From Puccinia triticina (taxonomy: Eukaryota): a stretch of DNA of 64,000 nucleotides. Shown piece by piece: positions 36,306 through 48,800 of this stretch. Position 1 is the first letter of the stretch. Each line of letters begins with the position of its first letter. The notes under the pieces are model-generated. The model ran no database searches. It had not been told where the DNA came from and worked only from the letters and a program-made list of their open reading frames with translations. Where the stretch lies: NCBI GenBank assembly GCA_026914245.1, contig CP110439.1:1116001-1180000 (forward strand), read 5' to 3'. The position numbers and the translations under genes were made by a program.

Positions 36306-37011
36306 TGGCCAACGAACCGGCCCAGTCCGACGGCCTCAGTTTCCTCAGTGAGTTTCCAATGCGCCGAGCTCAACGCCCGATGAAGAGAAACCCTCTGACG
36401 ATGATGAGGCTTGCCCGTCAAGCCACTCAAGCTCCGCGAGATAATTGGAAAATTACGACTCAGATGAGTCAGCCATTGACACCCCAACCAACAACTCACC
36501 AGATGCTCCCATCCAGGCCACTTATACCGAGAAGGCCGTCGAACCTCCCATCCAAGCGCCGTCAACCGAAGATCTTGTCGAGACGGGTTTGATCTTTGAG
36601 GGAAGCTCAGTGAATGAACTCGCCTCCCGACCCGGCGATTCCACTAGCAAGACGACTGAGGACGACAGATCCCCCCCACCACCCGCTCAAGGTACTGCGA
36701 ACTCAGCTCACCAGACTCCCTCGATCGCTCCCTTGATCGTGTTATTGGATGGTCCGCCGAGCTCATGGGATTCGAACTCAGCTCACCAGACTGCCTCGAT
36801 CGCTCCCTCAATCGTGTTATTGGATGGTCCGCCGAGCTCATGGGAATCCTCCGCGCCCGCAGAAGGACAGGCGAGACAACCTGTTTTCCCTGATGTTGTG
36901 TTGTTGGATGGTCCCCCAAGTTCCTGGGATTCAAACAGCGCCCTCAGAAAGCGGGCCCGAACACCAAACTATCCTCCTCCACCGACACCAAGACCCCGCC
37001 GCTCAAAATAG
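36306..37011 (+). CDS. Low-complexity accessory ORF with three (I/V)VLLDGPPSSW repeats
   Basis: ORFs 36305-36592 and 36445-37011. Tandem repeat of about 72 bp. Coding status uncertain. Confidence 0.35.
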
Positions 37012-38273
37012 TTGTTTGGAAGCTTTTATTTTCCACTTTTCTCCTTTGTATCTACTACTCCATGGAATGATAAACCAATGAATACACACTTGTTTTTTCA
37101 CTCTACACTGGCTCTTAGATTACTTGTGTCTCTCTTTCAATACTCAGTAATATATATATTTATATATATTGAACTAAAACTGCTAGTGAGTGTCCAATTG
37201 AGGTCAAATTTAAGCTGTGGCAGAGGCACTCTAAGCTGTGGCAAAGGCACTCTAAACTGGGGAGGAGGCACTCTGAACTGATGTGGCAGATGGACTCCAA
37301 ACATTGTTATTATAAGATTCACATCATATTTTCTCAAAACAATCATATAATTTTTCATAAAAACACCTGTCAACTGTTTGGTTATCTTATTAGGCTACTC
37401 TGCTCCTATTTGATAATTATAGATCAAACAATAAGACTAACTAAGAAATCAACTACGCAGTCTTGATTGCTTACTGTATCAGGCATTGCATTCATTTCTT
37501 TTTCTGCAATTTTTTCAAATATTCACGTTGTTCTACCACTCTACCATGTAAAAATTCACGTTTTGCCACCACTCTATCATATTCCTTCTTCACAGTGTTG
37601 ATGGTCTTTTCAAAAGCTCCCCCATCTTTGCACACTAGGGTGTGCTTAGCCATGCAGTGTTGATATTTTTGCCGCCAGGCTAATTGTGCTTCTGAAATTG
37701 TCTCTCCCACATATCCAGCTGGTGTTGGGACTAGTAAATGATCCTTATCTACAAATGTGATAGCAACAAAATGTGCCTTTGATGGAATCAAAGCAAATGT
37801 AATTGGCTGATTGTCATTTGGTAGAACAAAGTCCGGGAAAAATGATGTACTTTCATATGGCAAATAGAAACAAACTGGGGTCTGATATGTATTTGAAATA
37901 ATTTTTCCCATTCCTGGCATTGTGTTATGAGCTGCGCCCGCGCGCCAGACTCATCCAGGGACATGTCTGGTAGTTACACATACATGTCATGCTCCTCACC
38001 ATAAGGAGGAGCCGGGGGAAGATCCTTTCTCTTTCCCCATCTAGCAATCTACAAACTAGCTAGGATCACCGGACCGCCTCCCAACCCCGATAGACAGCCC
38101 ATTACATATTGCTAGATCCATACACGGGGAACGAGGCAGAAAAAAGAAAAATCTAACCAACGATCAACGAAAGAACCAAACAGAAAGACCAAAGAACCGA
38201 ACAGAAAGACCAAAGAACCGAACAGAAAGACCACCAAACCAGAACCGAACCCAGACACAAACGAACCTCCATA

Positions 38274-39284
38274 ATGGACGGAGATGCTACAAAGCTTAGA
38301 GCCCGAATTGAAGAGCTTGCGGCCTCCATCCAAGAAGAACAAAACCTCCAACAACGGGCCAAGGCCGAACTCGCAGCGGCTAGAGCAGGCATGGTTGCCC
38401 CGGCGGTGGTGCCTATCCTCCCAGGACAACCGCAGAACGCGCCACAAGCTCAGGACAAAGGTCCCGCGAAAGGACCCAAAGTCGGCCTACCAGACAAGTA
38501 CGACGGTACAAAGGGACCAAAGGCGGAGGTCTACGTGACCCAGATCGGCTTATACGTGCTCTCCAACCCTTGGATGTTTCCCGACGACCGCAGCAGAGTA
38601 ATTTTCTCCATCTCTTATCTGACCGGCCAAGCTAGCAAGTGGGCCCAACCCTTCACGACGAAGCTCTTCGCTGGGCAACCGGTCTTGTACCTCGAATTTG
38701 CCACAGCATTCCAGATGATGTATTACGACACCAAAAGGAAATCAAGAGCGGAGAAAGCACTTCGACAGCTAAAGCAGACGAAATCGGTAGCGCATTATAC
38801 ATTCCAGTTCAACCAACACGCCTCCAACACAGGATGGGAGATGTCGACACTCATGAGTCAGTACCAACAGGGACTCAAGAAAGACATTAGGTTGGCGCTT
38901 GTGATCGCGCGGGCCCACTTCACAGCCCTCACCGACCTCAGCAACCTCGCCCTGAAGATCAATAACGAAATCAACGGCGCCAATCACTACGCGGGCGACC
39001 CCAACCCTACCTCGACTGACCCTAACGCCATGGACATCTCGGCGATGAAAGGAGCGCTATCGAACTCGGACAAGGCCACCATGATGCGAGCCGGGCTGTG
39101 CTTCCACTGTGGCGAAAAGGGTCATATTGCTCGAGGTTGTCCGAAGAAAGGGAAGAATAAGGCCAATGTAGACGCGAGGATCGCCGAGCTAGAGGATCAA
39201 GTACGGCGCTTAACCATGAACGAAGGGACGAGTGGAGGAGCAGGAAGGGCGGACGGATCAAAAAATGGCGATGCTTGGGTGTGA
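38274..39284 (+). CDS. gag: Gag (336 aa)
   Basis: PDKYDG, SYLTGQASKWAQP, LRQLKQTKSVAHY, zinc knuckle CFHCGEKGHIARGC. Confidence 0.92.
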   Translation: MDGDATKLRARIEELAASIQEEQNLQQRAKAELAAARAGMVAPAVVPILPGQPQNAPQAQDKGPAKGPKVGLPDKYDGTKGPKAEVYVTQIGLYVLSNPWMFPDDRSRVIFSISYLTGQASKWAQPFTTKLFAGQPVLYLEFATAFQMMYYDTKRKSRAEKALRQLKQTKSVAHYTFQFNQHASNTGWEMSTLMSQYQQGLKKDIRLALVIARAHFTALTDLSNLALKINNEINGANHYAGDPNPTSTDPNAMDISAMKGALSNSDKATMMRAGLCFHCGEKGHIARGCPKKGKNKANVDARIAELEDQVRRLTMNEGTSGGAGRADGSKNGDAWV

Positions 39285-42200
39285 GGGTTGTGCCTCACCC
39301 GAGCAGTGGGATTGTAGTAGCAAGTATCGGGGCTTGTACTATCATTAGACTTAATGAAATCGATAACCGGCTGTTTCTCAGCGCCCCCATCTCTTCCAAG
39401 TACCACCCATGTGCCACAACCACCGCCCCCCTAGCCACATTCCTAATAGACTCTGGGGCGACCCATGATGTCATTAGCGAGGCTTACGCGTCCCGTAAGA
39501 ACTTGAGCCTTAACTGATTGCCCACCGTAAGGACAATCTCCGGATTCGACGGATCCAGAAACACCTCATCGGCAGAAGTGCAATTATTTCTCGACACCGA
39601 CAAACAACCGACGACGTTCATCGTCACACGACTGAAGGACACCTATGACGGAATCCTTGGCATGCCATGGGTCAAGGCCCACGGACACCTCATTGATTGG
39701 AGAACACGCCGATTCAAGACCGACACCCCGAAAATTGCCACTGCAGAGACAGTGTCGTCAGATCCGACAAAAACCTCAGCAGACGGGGAGGAGCCCGGCC
39801 TGAGGCACGCGAGGATAACTGACAAGGGGGTGCGCGCTTCATGCCGATTAACACCCCCGCAATGTGAGTCTAGTTCCCCCTCTCCCTATCCCTACCAAGC
39901 AGAATGTATAGGAACATCTGGCAAGCGGGTACCTCCGTTAGAACACAACCCACAGGTCCCGTTGGATTTATATACGACGAAAACCGGAACCGGGAATAGG
40001 CAAGCCACATCAACCCCAGAAGCCAATAACAGGGAGATCGCCGCCACTATCGCGGTGTCGTCATGTCCGAAAAGAACCTCAACAGACGGGGAGGAGCCCG
40101 GGTTGAGGCCAGCGAGGACAACTGACGAGGGGGTGCGCGCTTTATGCCGACTAACACCCCCGCGATGTGAGTACAATTCTATCTCCCAGTTCCCCAACCC
40201 CTCAGATGCCGTAGGAACAACTGGCCAGCGGGTACATTTTCTGGAAAGACCGCTACAGGAACCGGAGACACTTACAGGCCACGTTTGCGCGGCGAAGTCG
40301 TCCTGGTCAACATCAGCAAAGCTAGCCGCGGACGCCAAAGCGACAGAACCGCAGCGAATGCCTGAAGAACTAGTACCGGAGGTCTATCACCGGTACCTGA
40401 GCATGTTTAGGAAGTCAGAGGCCCAGAAGCTCCCCCCTAGAAGGAAGTACGACTTCCGCGTCGACCTCCTACCCGGAACTCTCCCGCAAGCCAGCCGCAT
40501 CATTCCACTATCGCCGGCGGAAAATGACGCGTTGGATAAATTGATACGAGAAGGCCTAGAATACGGAACTATAAGACGGACGACGTCACCTTGGGCGGCA
40601 CCTGTCTTGTTCACAGGGAAGAAAGACGGCAACTTACGACCATGCTTCGACTACCGCAAGCTGAATGCCGTTACCGTGAAGAATAAATACCCCCTGCCAC
40701 TGACGATGGATTTGGTAGACAGCTTACTTGACGCCAACCGGTTCACCAAACTGGATTTGCGGAACGCTTATGGTAACCTCCGTGTAGCTGAGGGAGACGA
40801 GGAAAAATTAGCGTTCATTTGTCGAGCAGGACAGTTCGCGCCGCTGACAATGCCATTCGGGCCTACTGGGGCCCCGGGTTTTTTCCAATTCTTTATGCAA
40901 GATATACTATTGGGACGAATCGGGAAGGACGTGGCGGCTTACCTTGACGATATCATGATTTATACCCAGCGGGGGTCCGACCATGAAGAGGCTGTACTAT
41001 CCGTACTCGAAACGCTCAGCAAACATCAACTCTGGTTGAAGCCGGAAAAGTGTGAATTTTCACGGGTGGAAGTAGAGTACCTAGGGCTCTTGATATCCTG
41101 CAACAGAGTGCGAATGGACCCGGCAAAGGTGAAAGCTGTGACCGACTGGCCAGCCCCAAACTCGGTCACAGAACTACAAAGATTTGCAGGATTCACAAAT
41201 TTCTATCGGAGATTCATAGGGAACTTCTCTAGGACCACCAGGCCGTTGCACGACCTCACACGCGCGGACGTCAAATTCCAGTGGGATGAACACTGTCAGA
41301 CGGCCTTCGACAAGCTGAAGACAGCATTCACCACGGCGCCAATCCTGAAGATAGCCAACCCCTACAAACCTTTTTTATTGGAATGCGACTGTTCTGATTT
41401 CGCGTTAGGGGCCGTACTTTCGCAGGAATGCAGCAGAGACGGGGAACTACACCCAGTGGCGTACCTTTCGCGGTCCCTCATCCAGGCCGAGAGGAACTAT
41501 GAGATATTCAATAAGGAATTATTAGCAATTGTGGCAGCGTTCAAGGAGTGGCGCCACTACCTCGAAGGGAACCCAAACAGACTAAAGGCGATTGTGTACA
41601 CTGACCACAGAAACCTCGAGAGTTTCATGACGACGAAAGCGCTTACACGTCGACAGGTGAGATGGGCCGAAACCCTCGGTAACTTTGATTTTGAAATCGT
41701 TTTCCGCCCCGGCCGCCAGTCTACGAAGCTGGACGCACTATCTAGACGTCCCGACTTAGCCCCACGAGGAGAGGAAAAGCTGACATTCGGACAAATTCTC
41801 CGGCCGGAAAACTTAACACCCGAATCGTTTGCGGATGTAGCGGAAATCAACGAGTTCTTTGTGGACGAGTCAATCGAGCTAATGGACGCCGACTACTGGT
41901 TCGAAGTGGATGTCATGGGGGTCGAGGAGTTAACGGGATCACAGGAGGAGAAGGACACCAATCTCATTCCTTCCGACGACAAGCTGATAAGTTCCATCCG
42001 AGAGGCCTCAGCTAATGACGAGCGACTGACCAACTTAATGACTGATTGTGAACGGCAAAATGCATCAGACAGTGAATGGAGTCAGAAGGATGGAGTACTG
42101 TACCAAAACGGACGAGTGGAGGTCCCGGCCGACGAAGAGATCAAGACGGCTATATTGAGAAGCCGCCACGACTGCCGAATGGCGGGACACCCGGGAAGAG

Positions 42201-43450
42201 CCAAAACTTTGGCCCTAGTCCGGCGTTGCTTCAATTGGCCATCCATGAAGAAGTTTGTCAACCGCTACGTCGACGGCTGTGAATCATGCCAACGAGTTAA
42301 ATCCGCGACCCAGAAGCCATTCGGCGCGCTTGAACCATTGCCAGTGCCTGCCGGGCCATGGACGGATATTGCGTACGACCTCATCACGGACCTACCGGAA
42401 TCAAATGGAAAGAACAGTATCCTCACAGTGGTAGACAGGTTCTCCAAAATGGCGCATTTCATCGGTTGCCACAAAGAATCATCGTCAGAAGAACTGGCCA
42501 ACCTGATGCTTCGGCATGTCTGGAAGCTACATGGTACACCAAAAACGATCATATCGGACAGAGGAAGTGTCTTTATCTCTCGGATCACAAGAGAGCTAAG
42601 CAACCGAATGGGTATTAGACTTTGTCCATCAACGGCGTATCATCCCCGGACGGATGGCCAATCTGAGATCACAAATAAAGTAGTCGAACAGTACCTACGC
42701 CACTTCGTTGGGTATCGGCAGGATGATTGGGAATCCCTACTGGCTATGGCGGAATTCACGCACAACAACGGCACACACACGTCGACGGGGATATCGCCCT
42801 TTATGGCAAACTACGGCTTTGATCTGACGATTGGGGGAATACCCTTGTCACAACAATGTCTACCAGCGGTGGAAGAGAGACTCAAATTACTGACTTCAAT
42901 ACGCGAAGAACTAGCGGCGGCCCTAGAAGAATCTCAAAATGCAATGAAACGGCAATTCGACAAGCATATACGGCCGACGCCTGATTGGAAGGTTGGCGAT
43001 GAGGTGTGGCTCAGTAGCAGGAACATCTCAACGACGAGGCCAAGCCCCAAGCTAGGTCACAAATGGCTAGGACCCTTTCTGATATGCGCTAAAATCTCAC
43101 CCTCCGTGTATAAACTGACGCTGCCTCTATCTATGAAAGGAGTACACCCTGTATTTCATGTCTCTATTCTCAGGAAACATCAACTAGATACAATTGACGG
43201 GCGTAAATCAACGAGGCCCGAGCCAGTAACGGTCAAAGGAGAAGAGGAGTGGGAGGTGGCGGAAATTTTGGACTGTAGGAAAAGGAGGAAACGGACGGAA
43301 TATCTCATTGCGTGGAAAGGATTTGGACCCGAGGACGATTCATGGGAACCCGCCGGGAATTTGGACAACTGTCAAGACCTTGTGAAGAAATTTGACGCGA
43401 CATTCCCGGGAGCAGCGAAAAGACACGCCAGGAAGAGGAGATTCAAGTGA
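39275..43450 (+). CDS. pol: Pol (PR, RT, RNase H, IN, chromodomain) with one in-frame TGA at 39515-39517
   Basis: FLIDSGATH, YLDD, CDCSDFALGAVL, GHPG...CESC, WLGPF, and chromodomain EEEWEVAEILDC...YLIAWKGFGPEDDSWEP. Confidence 0.93.
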
Positions 43451-45875
43451 GGGTTAAGCTTTTTCCCTACGGGGTTTTTTAATGCTGCCCGGGGGAGAGG
43501 ACGCAGAGCCGGGGGCTTGGGTGTTAAGGGCGGGATGATGTTATGAGCTGCGCCCGCGCGCCAGACTCATCCAGGGACATGTCTGGTAGTTACACATACA
43601 TGTCATGCTCCTCACCATAAGGAGGAGCCGGGGGAAGATCCTTTCTCTTTCCCCATCTAGCAATCTACAAACTAGCTAGGATCACCGGACCGCCTCCCAA
43701 CCCCGATAGACAGCCCATTACACATTGTCATCCAATATTCCACTCCACATGGTTCAGGTGACGGCGCATTCAAAATCTTTAAATGTTCTTCAACAGTGTA
43801 GAAAGGGTTGGCTTTTTGGTAGAAGACTCTCCTGTTCTTCAACTCTTCTGATAGCTCATGCCGTATGTTCATATAGTCTTCTTCTCCTCTTCCCAAAAGG
43901 AATGCTACAGACCTGAATCCACAGTGCCCATCTCCTTTAACATTAAAAATTTGTTTCACCCACGGCTGGATTGGGGTTGGAATTTCCCATATGTAGTCAT
44001 CTCTCATATCAGGTGGATGAGGTTTTGGTCCTAAATCAAAAGAGTCTGACAGTGTTCTATGACTTGAGAAAGTCTTGGGTGTTGATGTTGAGGAATTGAA
44101 TATTTTATTATTTCCTTGGTTTGCTTCCTCTCCTTTCACTAGGTGATTTGAGAAAGTTTTGGGTGTTGATACCTCTGATAGTCTGGGGTCAATGGACTTG
44201 GAGATTGGACCATGTAATGGATTGCACAAAGAATGATGGTTGATGGATATTGGATTCAACACAGATACTGAATCAGAGATGCTTTTTCTTCTCTTAGCAG
44301 TTTCTGATTGGCTGTACTGTGTGGCTAAGTTTTTTAAACCAGGAGAATTTTCAATGCTTGCGCTCATTCTTTTTTGAGTGTGGAGTGGTGCATTTTGATA
44401 ATGCTGCATAATTGTTTGGGGAGAATATGATTCATTAAAACCTGGAGATTTTGGAATGCTTGCACCCATTCTTTTCTGAGTGTGGAGTGGTGCATTTTGA
44501 GAGTAGTTTCCTAGTAGGCTGTGCTGCATCTGACTACCTGGATAATGTGAATCATGCCCACTGTGAATGAGTGGCGCAGGGGGAGCTTGGAGCCCTTGAA
44601 TACTGGCATTAATCTTTATCTGTGATTTACTAGGATTCTGAACAAATTGTTTGGTTTGAGGGGCTGCTACTGAATAAGATGTGTTCATCTGAGGTTGAAA
44701 ATTCTGATGACTTATGAGAGACATTGCATCTTTTTGGGAGGGTGTTTTTGAGGTTGTCTGAGAGACCGGTCCATTTAACAAGGGGTTCCCCTTTTTTTGG
44801 GCTGGGTTTTTGGTTTTGGTGTTTGGCTGATAAGGTTTATTGTTCCACATTTCCATGCCTCTTCTGGTGGCATCTTCCCATTCATCTGCTGTAACTCGTG
44901 GAAATGACAACCTGGATTCATTCCTGTGGTATATCATCGAGCTTAATGAACATGCATTAAGTATATAACTATGATTTTGGCTGTGGTCATGCTTGACTTT
45001 ATACTTGGAGGTTTGGCCTTCTTGCCTACCTACTCTGTCTGTTTTCTCATGAACTACCTGGCACCCGGCGTCATTGCAGTTATGCTGGAAATTGAGACAA
45101 CAAATTACATCCTTTCACACAAATTCTTGGTCAGATTTGTAGAATATATATGTGATTTGAATGCCACACAAATTGGTTGACTCACCACAGCTCTGACATA
45201 GAGATGTGTATTTGTGGCCTGGTATTCCTGCATTTGATAAAAAGCATGGACTCCAGATGATTTGTAAGTGTGGACTTCTACAAAAAAGGTACTTGATGAA
45301 TGTTCTGCTTGCCAAATTGAAATCACAGATCCAACAATTGGATATTTCTTGGGCCTGCGTATCTACATGTGCCATTGGATTGATAAGTATATTTTGGTCA
45401 TCTTCATACTACAAATTTCATACTTACCAATACAAAAATGCCTGTCTGGACTATATCATTCTCTCCAGTTTTGGTACTTGTTACCCTTTTCCACTTTATT
45501 TCCGGGAAATTCTCATAAAGGAAACTTGGAATAGCCACTTCATTTTGAGGCACTGCTTCATTGTACAATATTGGATGCCTTATGGGTTCTGAAAGGTCAA
45601 TCCCCATGAGTTTTTGTACCTCTTTATTGAATTTGAATATATGAGTGATCTCCTTTGAAGGTCGGAAATAATACCTCTTGACATAATTATAGAGCAAAAC
45701 ACCGGATAGTATGAGCCTCATTGCTTGATAATTTGAGAAGGTGTTTGCTATGTCCCTCCCTGGGGCTTGACGGTTGAAATGAATTGAAGCATTCCTCATT
45801 ATTCCATTGTATGATTCAAATTTCTCAGATGAAAACAAGCTAGGTGGACCAAACCGCCTGACCGATTCGGGAAGA

Positions 45876-48800
45876 TGTAAGGGTCCAATGGACCCTCACT
45901 GATGAGATGGATGAAAAGGCACAGAGATCGGCTGGTAGGCCGTCTAAGGATGTCTAGGTCCAAACTGTCGGGGGATTGATTGCAGAGGCTAGCCGGGAGA
46001 GAGGAGAGACTCTCTCTATTAGTCTAAATACACCAACAGGCGACGAGAAGGAAAAGAGAAGAGAAGAATGAAAACAATGCTTACCTAGCCGGGAGAGAGG
46101 AGAGACTCTCTGCCGGACTAGGGAAGCAGCAGCTCAGGCTAAGTATACGATGCGCGGGGGGTTACGTTATCCAATGACTCTTCGTGTGGAGCCCCGATGT
46201 CGAGGGGGGCTTCACAGTCTCCCCCCCTATATAGAGAGCAAAAGAGGGGGAGGAATGGCTATTGTAAAATGGTGGATGGTGACGGGAAGACAGAAGGAAA
46301 GAAGGAGACCGAGGACGATGAATTTGGGTGAAAGCAGTCGGATGATGAGGAAACCGGGGGCATAAGGGGTGACGACGGAAGGGGCGGTCAGACAGGGTAC
46401 GAGAAACGTGGCGGGGAATTTTTGTTGGCTGGGCTGGTGGCCTGCGTGAATGAGGTTGACTAGAATGAGTAATGTGTGTCTCCGTTGGAAGTTCTAGCTC
46501 TGAGTTGGACAAAAACGGTTGGACTGGGGTTGGGAGAATCGGGCACAACAGGTAAGTCGGAACTGATGAGTGTAACGCGAGGCAGCGTAGGTCAGGCGTC
46601 TGGACTGGCGGTGGAAACGCTGATGACGTCGGTCGGTGGATCTTCAATTGTGGGCAAGCTGTGGGGGTAAGGACGCGTAAGCGTCGCCCAGCATGGAATT
46701 CATGAAGCACTCGGTCGGGGGAACGGACAGGATGTGGAATGGGGGGAGCATTGGAAATGGGCACATACTCCGTGGTCCCGTCATCGTCCACGGGGAACCA
46801 CCTATCAAGGACTGACTCCACTCGCTCATCAACCGCGTGTACGTCAATGAGGTTGGAGGTGTCAGTGGGTTCTTCTGGGAGTGAGTACGAAGCGTCGTCC
46901 GATTTTGGGGCAAGTTCAGCCTCTCTTTCGATTTCATCAAGCGGTTGATCGCCATACGCTAAATTCGTTGCTTCAAGTTGGCCTTCGATAGCCGAGATCA
47001 ACGACACCTGAGAGTGTTCAAACGGTGGGGCTTTGTCCATGCCTGCTACTCCTGCCGGTTTGCCTGTGGGTCTGCCTGCAGGTCCGGTTTGTTTCTGAGT
47101 CGGACTTGACCAAGCCCGTGGGGCCACGTAATTTGGTGGTTTCGGCGGGATCTGGAAAGTCGGTGGGATGTAGAGCCTTGATCTGTCTGGTGGACCGGGA
47201 CAAGCTCCAGCAGGGTTTCCGCAATGCTTTTTACAGAAATGGCATTTCCCTACCGAATCGAGGTAAGAATGCATCTTCCAGAGGTACAACTCGGGCTCGA
47301 GACGATTGGAGCCGAGTGGGGTCGCGTTGGCGCCGGTGGCGACAGAACGGTAGGAGGATTGGTGATTCTTAGCAAAGTCGGCGTAGAATCCATTAACGCA
47401 GTTCTCAAAGGTGCCATACTTGAACAGCTTCTGAGCGAGTAATTGGAAGTCGCGCACTTTGCTCTGAAGCGCTTGAGGTAGTCCTAAGACGACGAATTCA
47501 GCAAGGTCGAGGTCATCAAATACATCTTTCTCGAAGTTGACGAGGGACTGGAGAGTGCGGGCTCGGCTGCTGTACTGGATGAACAATTCGGCATTGGACA
47601 TCTCGAGGCGAACTATCGATCGTCGGAGGTCTGCTCGCCAGTCTTCTGGGAGACAGAATTCAAAATGTCGATCACGGAACTCCTCCCATGACTTCCCGGC
47701 GAACTTTGGACTTTCGACCCGGTAGAATGCGGTCAAGTTAGTGTCAGCAATCAGGGAGCCGATGATGAGACGCTTGTCGTCCGCATGAGTAACCGCCTTC
47801 GTCAAAAAGAAGATGGTGACGGCTTGGATCCACATCAGAAAGACTTCGGCGTCTTGGAGAGGTCCGTTAAATTTGGGCCCGTCGGATGTTCGGAACTTTG
47901 TCAAGTCCACTCGATCAGACTGTGGAGCCGGGGACACTTCTTGTTTGATTCCGCCAGCTAACGCAGCTTTCTCAAGGGCTTTGATGCGTTCTCGATCGAT
48001 CTTGCGCTGTTCAGCAAAACGATCCGCATCGGCTTTCCGTTGTTCTGCATCAATTCGGCGTTGTTCCTCGGCTTGTTGCTGTGCCGCCTGGAATTGGACC
48101 GCCGTGTTCTTTTGGATGGTGAGGACTGCCTTGAGGCAGTCGCTTAAGGAAAGCTCCTGCTCTGCGTCTTCCGGCTGGTAACCGGTCGAACCGGAAGTCG
48201 GGTTCATGCTTTGCTTGGTTGAGGGAGCAGGGAAGTTGGGGTCGTAGTTCGGGTGGTCAGACAATAGCGTTTGGGCGATCGCGGCGTTGTTCGATGCTGC
48301 GAGGGCGTCCAGGCGAGCCCGTCGACGGGCGGTACGGAGAATTTCTTCGGGGTCGGAGATCGGAAGCAGAGGGCCCGTGTTGGTGTTTCTTGTGGTCATG
48401 AACCGTGCTCGGCTCGGGGAGTGACGTGGTGTGAAGATGAGGGAAAAAGGAAGGAGGTTGATTGGATGAAAAAAAAGTGGAGTTTGGTGTGAACGATCAC
48501 ACCAATACGAGGTCGATACGGGCAGCGGATTGAGAGCAGAAGGCGAGGGCAGAGATTGATGTTTCTGAGGGCTTAGACGAGCGAGGACGAGGTCAGAAGG
48601 CGAGCGAGAACGAGGTCAGAAGGCGATGACAAGGTCGATAGTTTCGACCAAGACGGGGAGTGATCGGTTTGTTTGGATCAAGAAAAAAAAAGTGTAAGGG
48701 TCCAATGGACCCTCACTGATGAGATGGATGAAAAGGCACAGAGATCGGCTGGTAGGCCGTCTAAGGATGTCTAGGTCCAAACTGTCGGGGGATTGATTGC

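Larger units (their letters stand above)
37923..43722 (+). mobile_element. Chromovirus (Tf1/sushi-like Gypsy), recent insertion
   Basis: Apparently identical 184-bp LTRs at 37923-38106 and 43539-43722. TSD CATTG. PPT aagggcggga. Confidence 0.97.

Noticed and set aside
45899..45917. CTGATGAG...GAAA hammerhead-like core in the LTR
   Set aside because: No G-C-closed stem II, no convincing stems I and III, and it lies antisense to the element.
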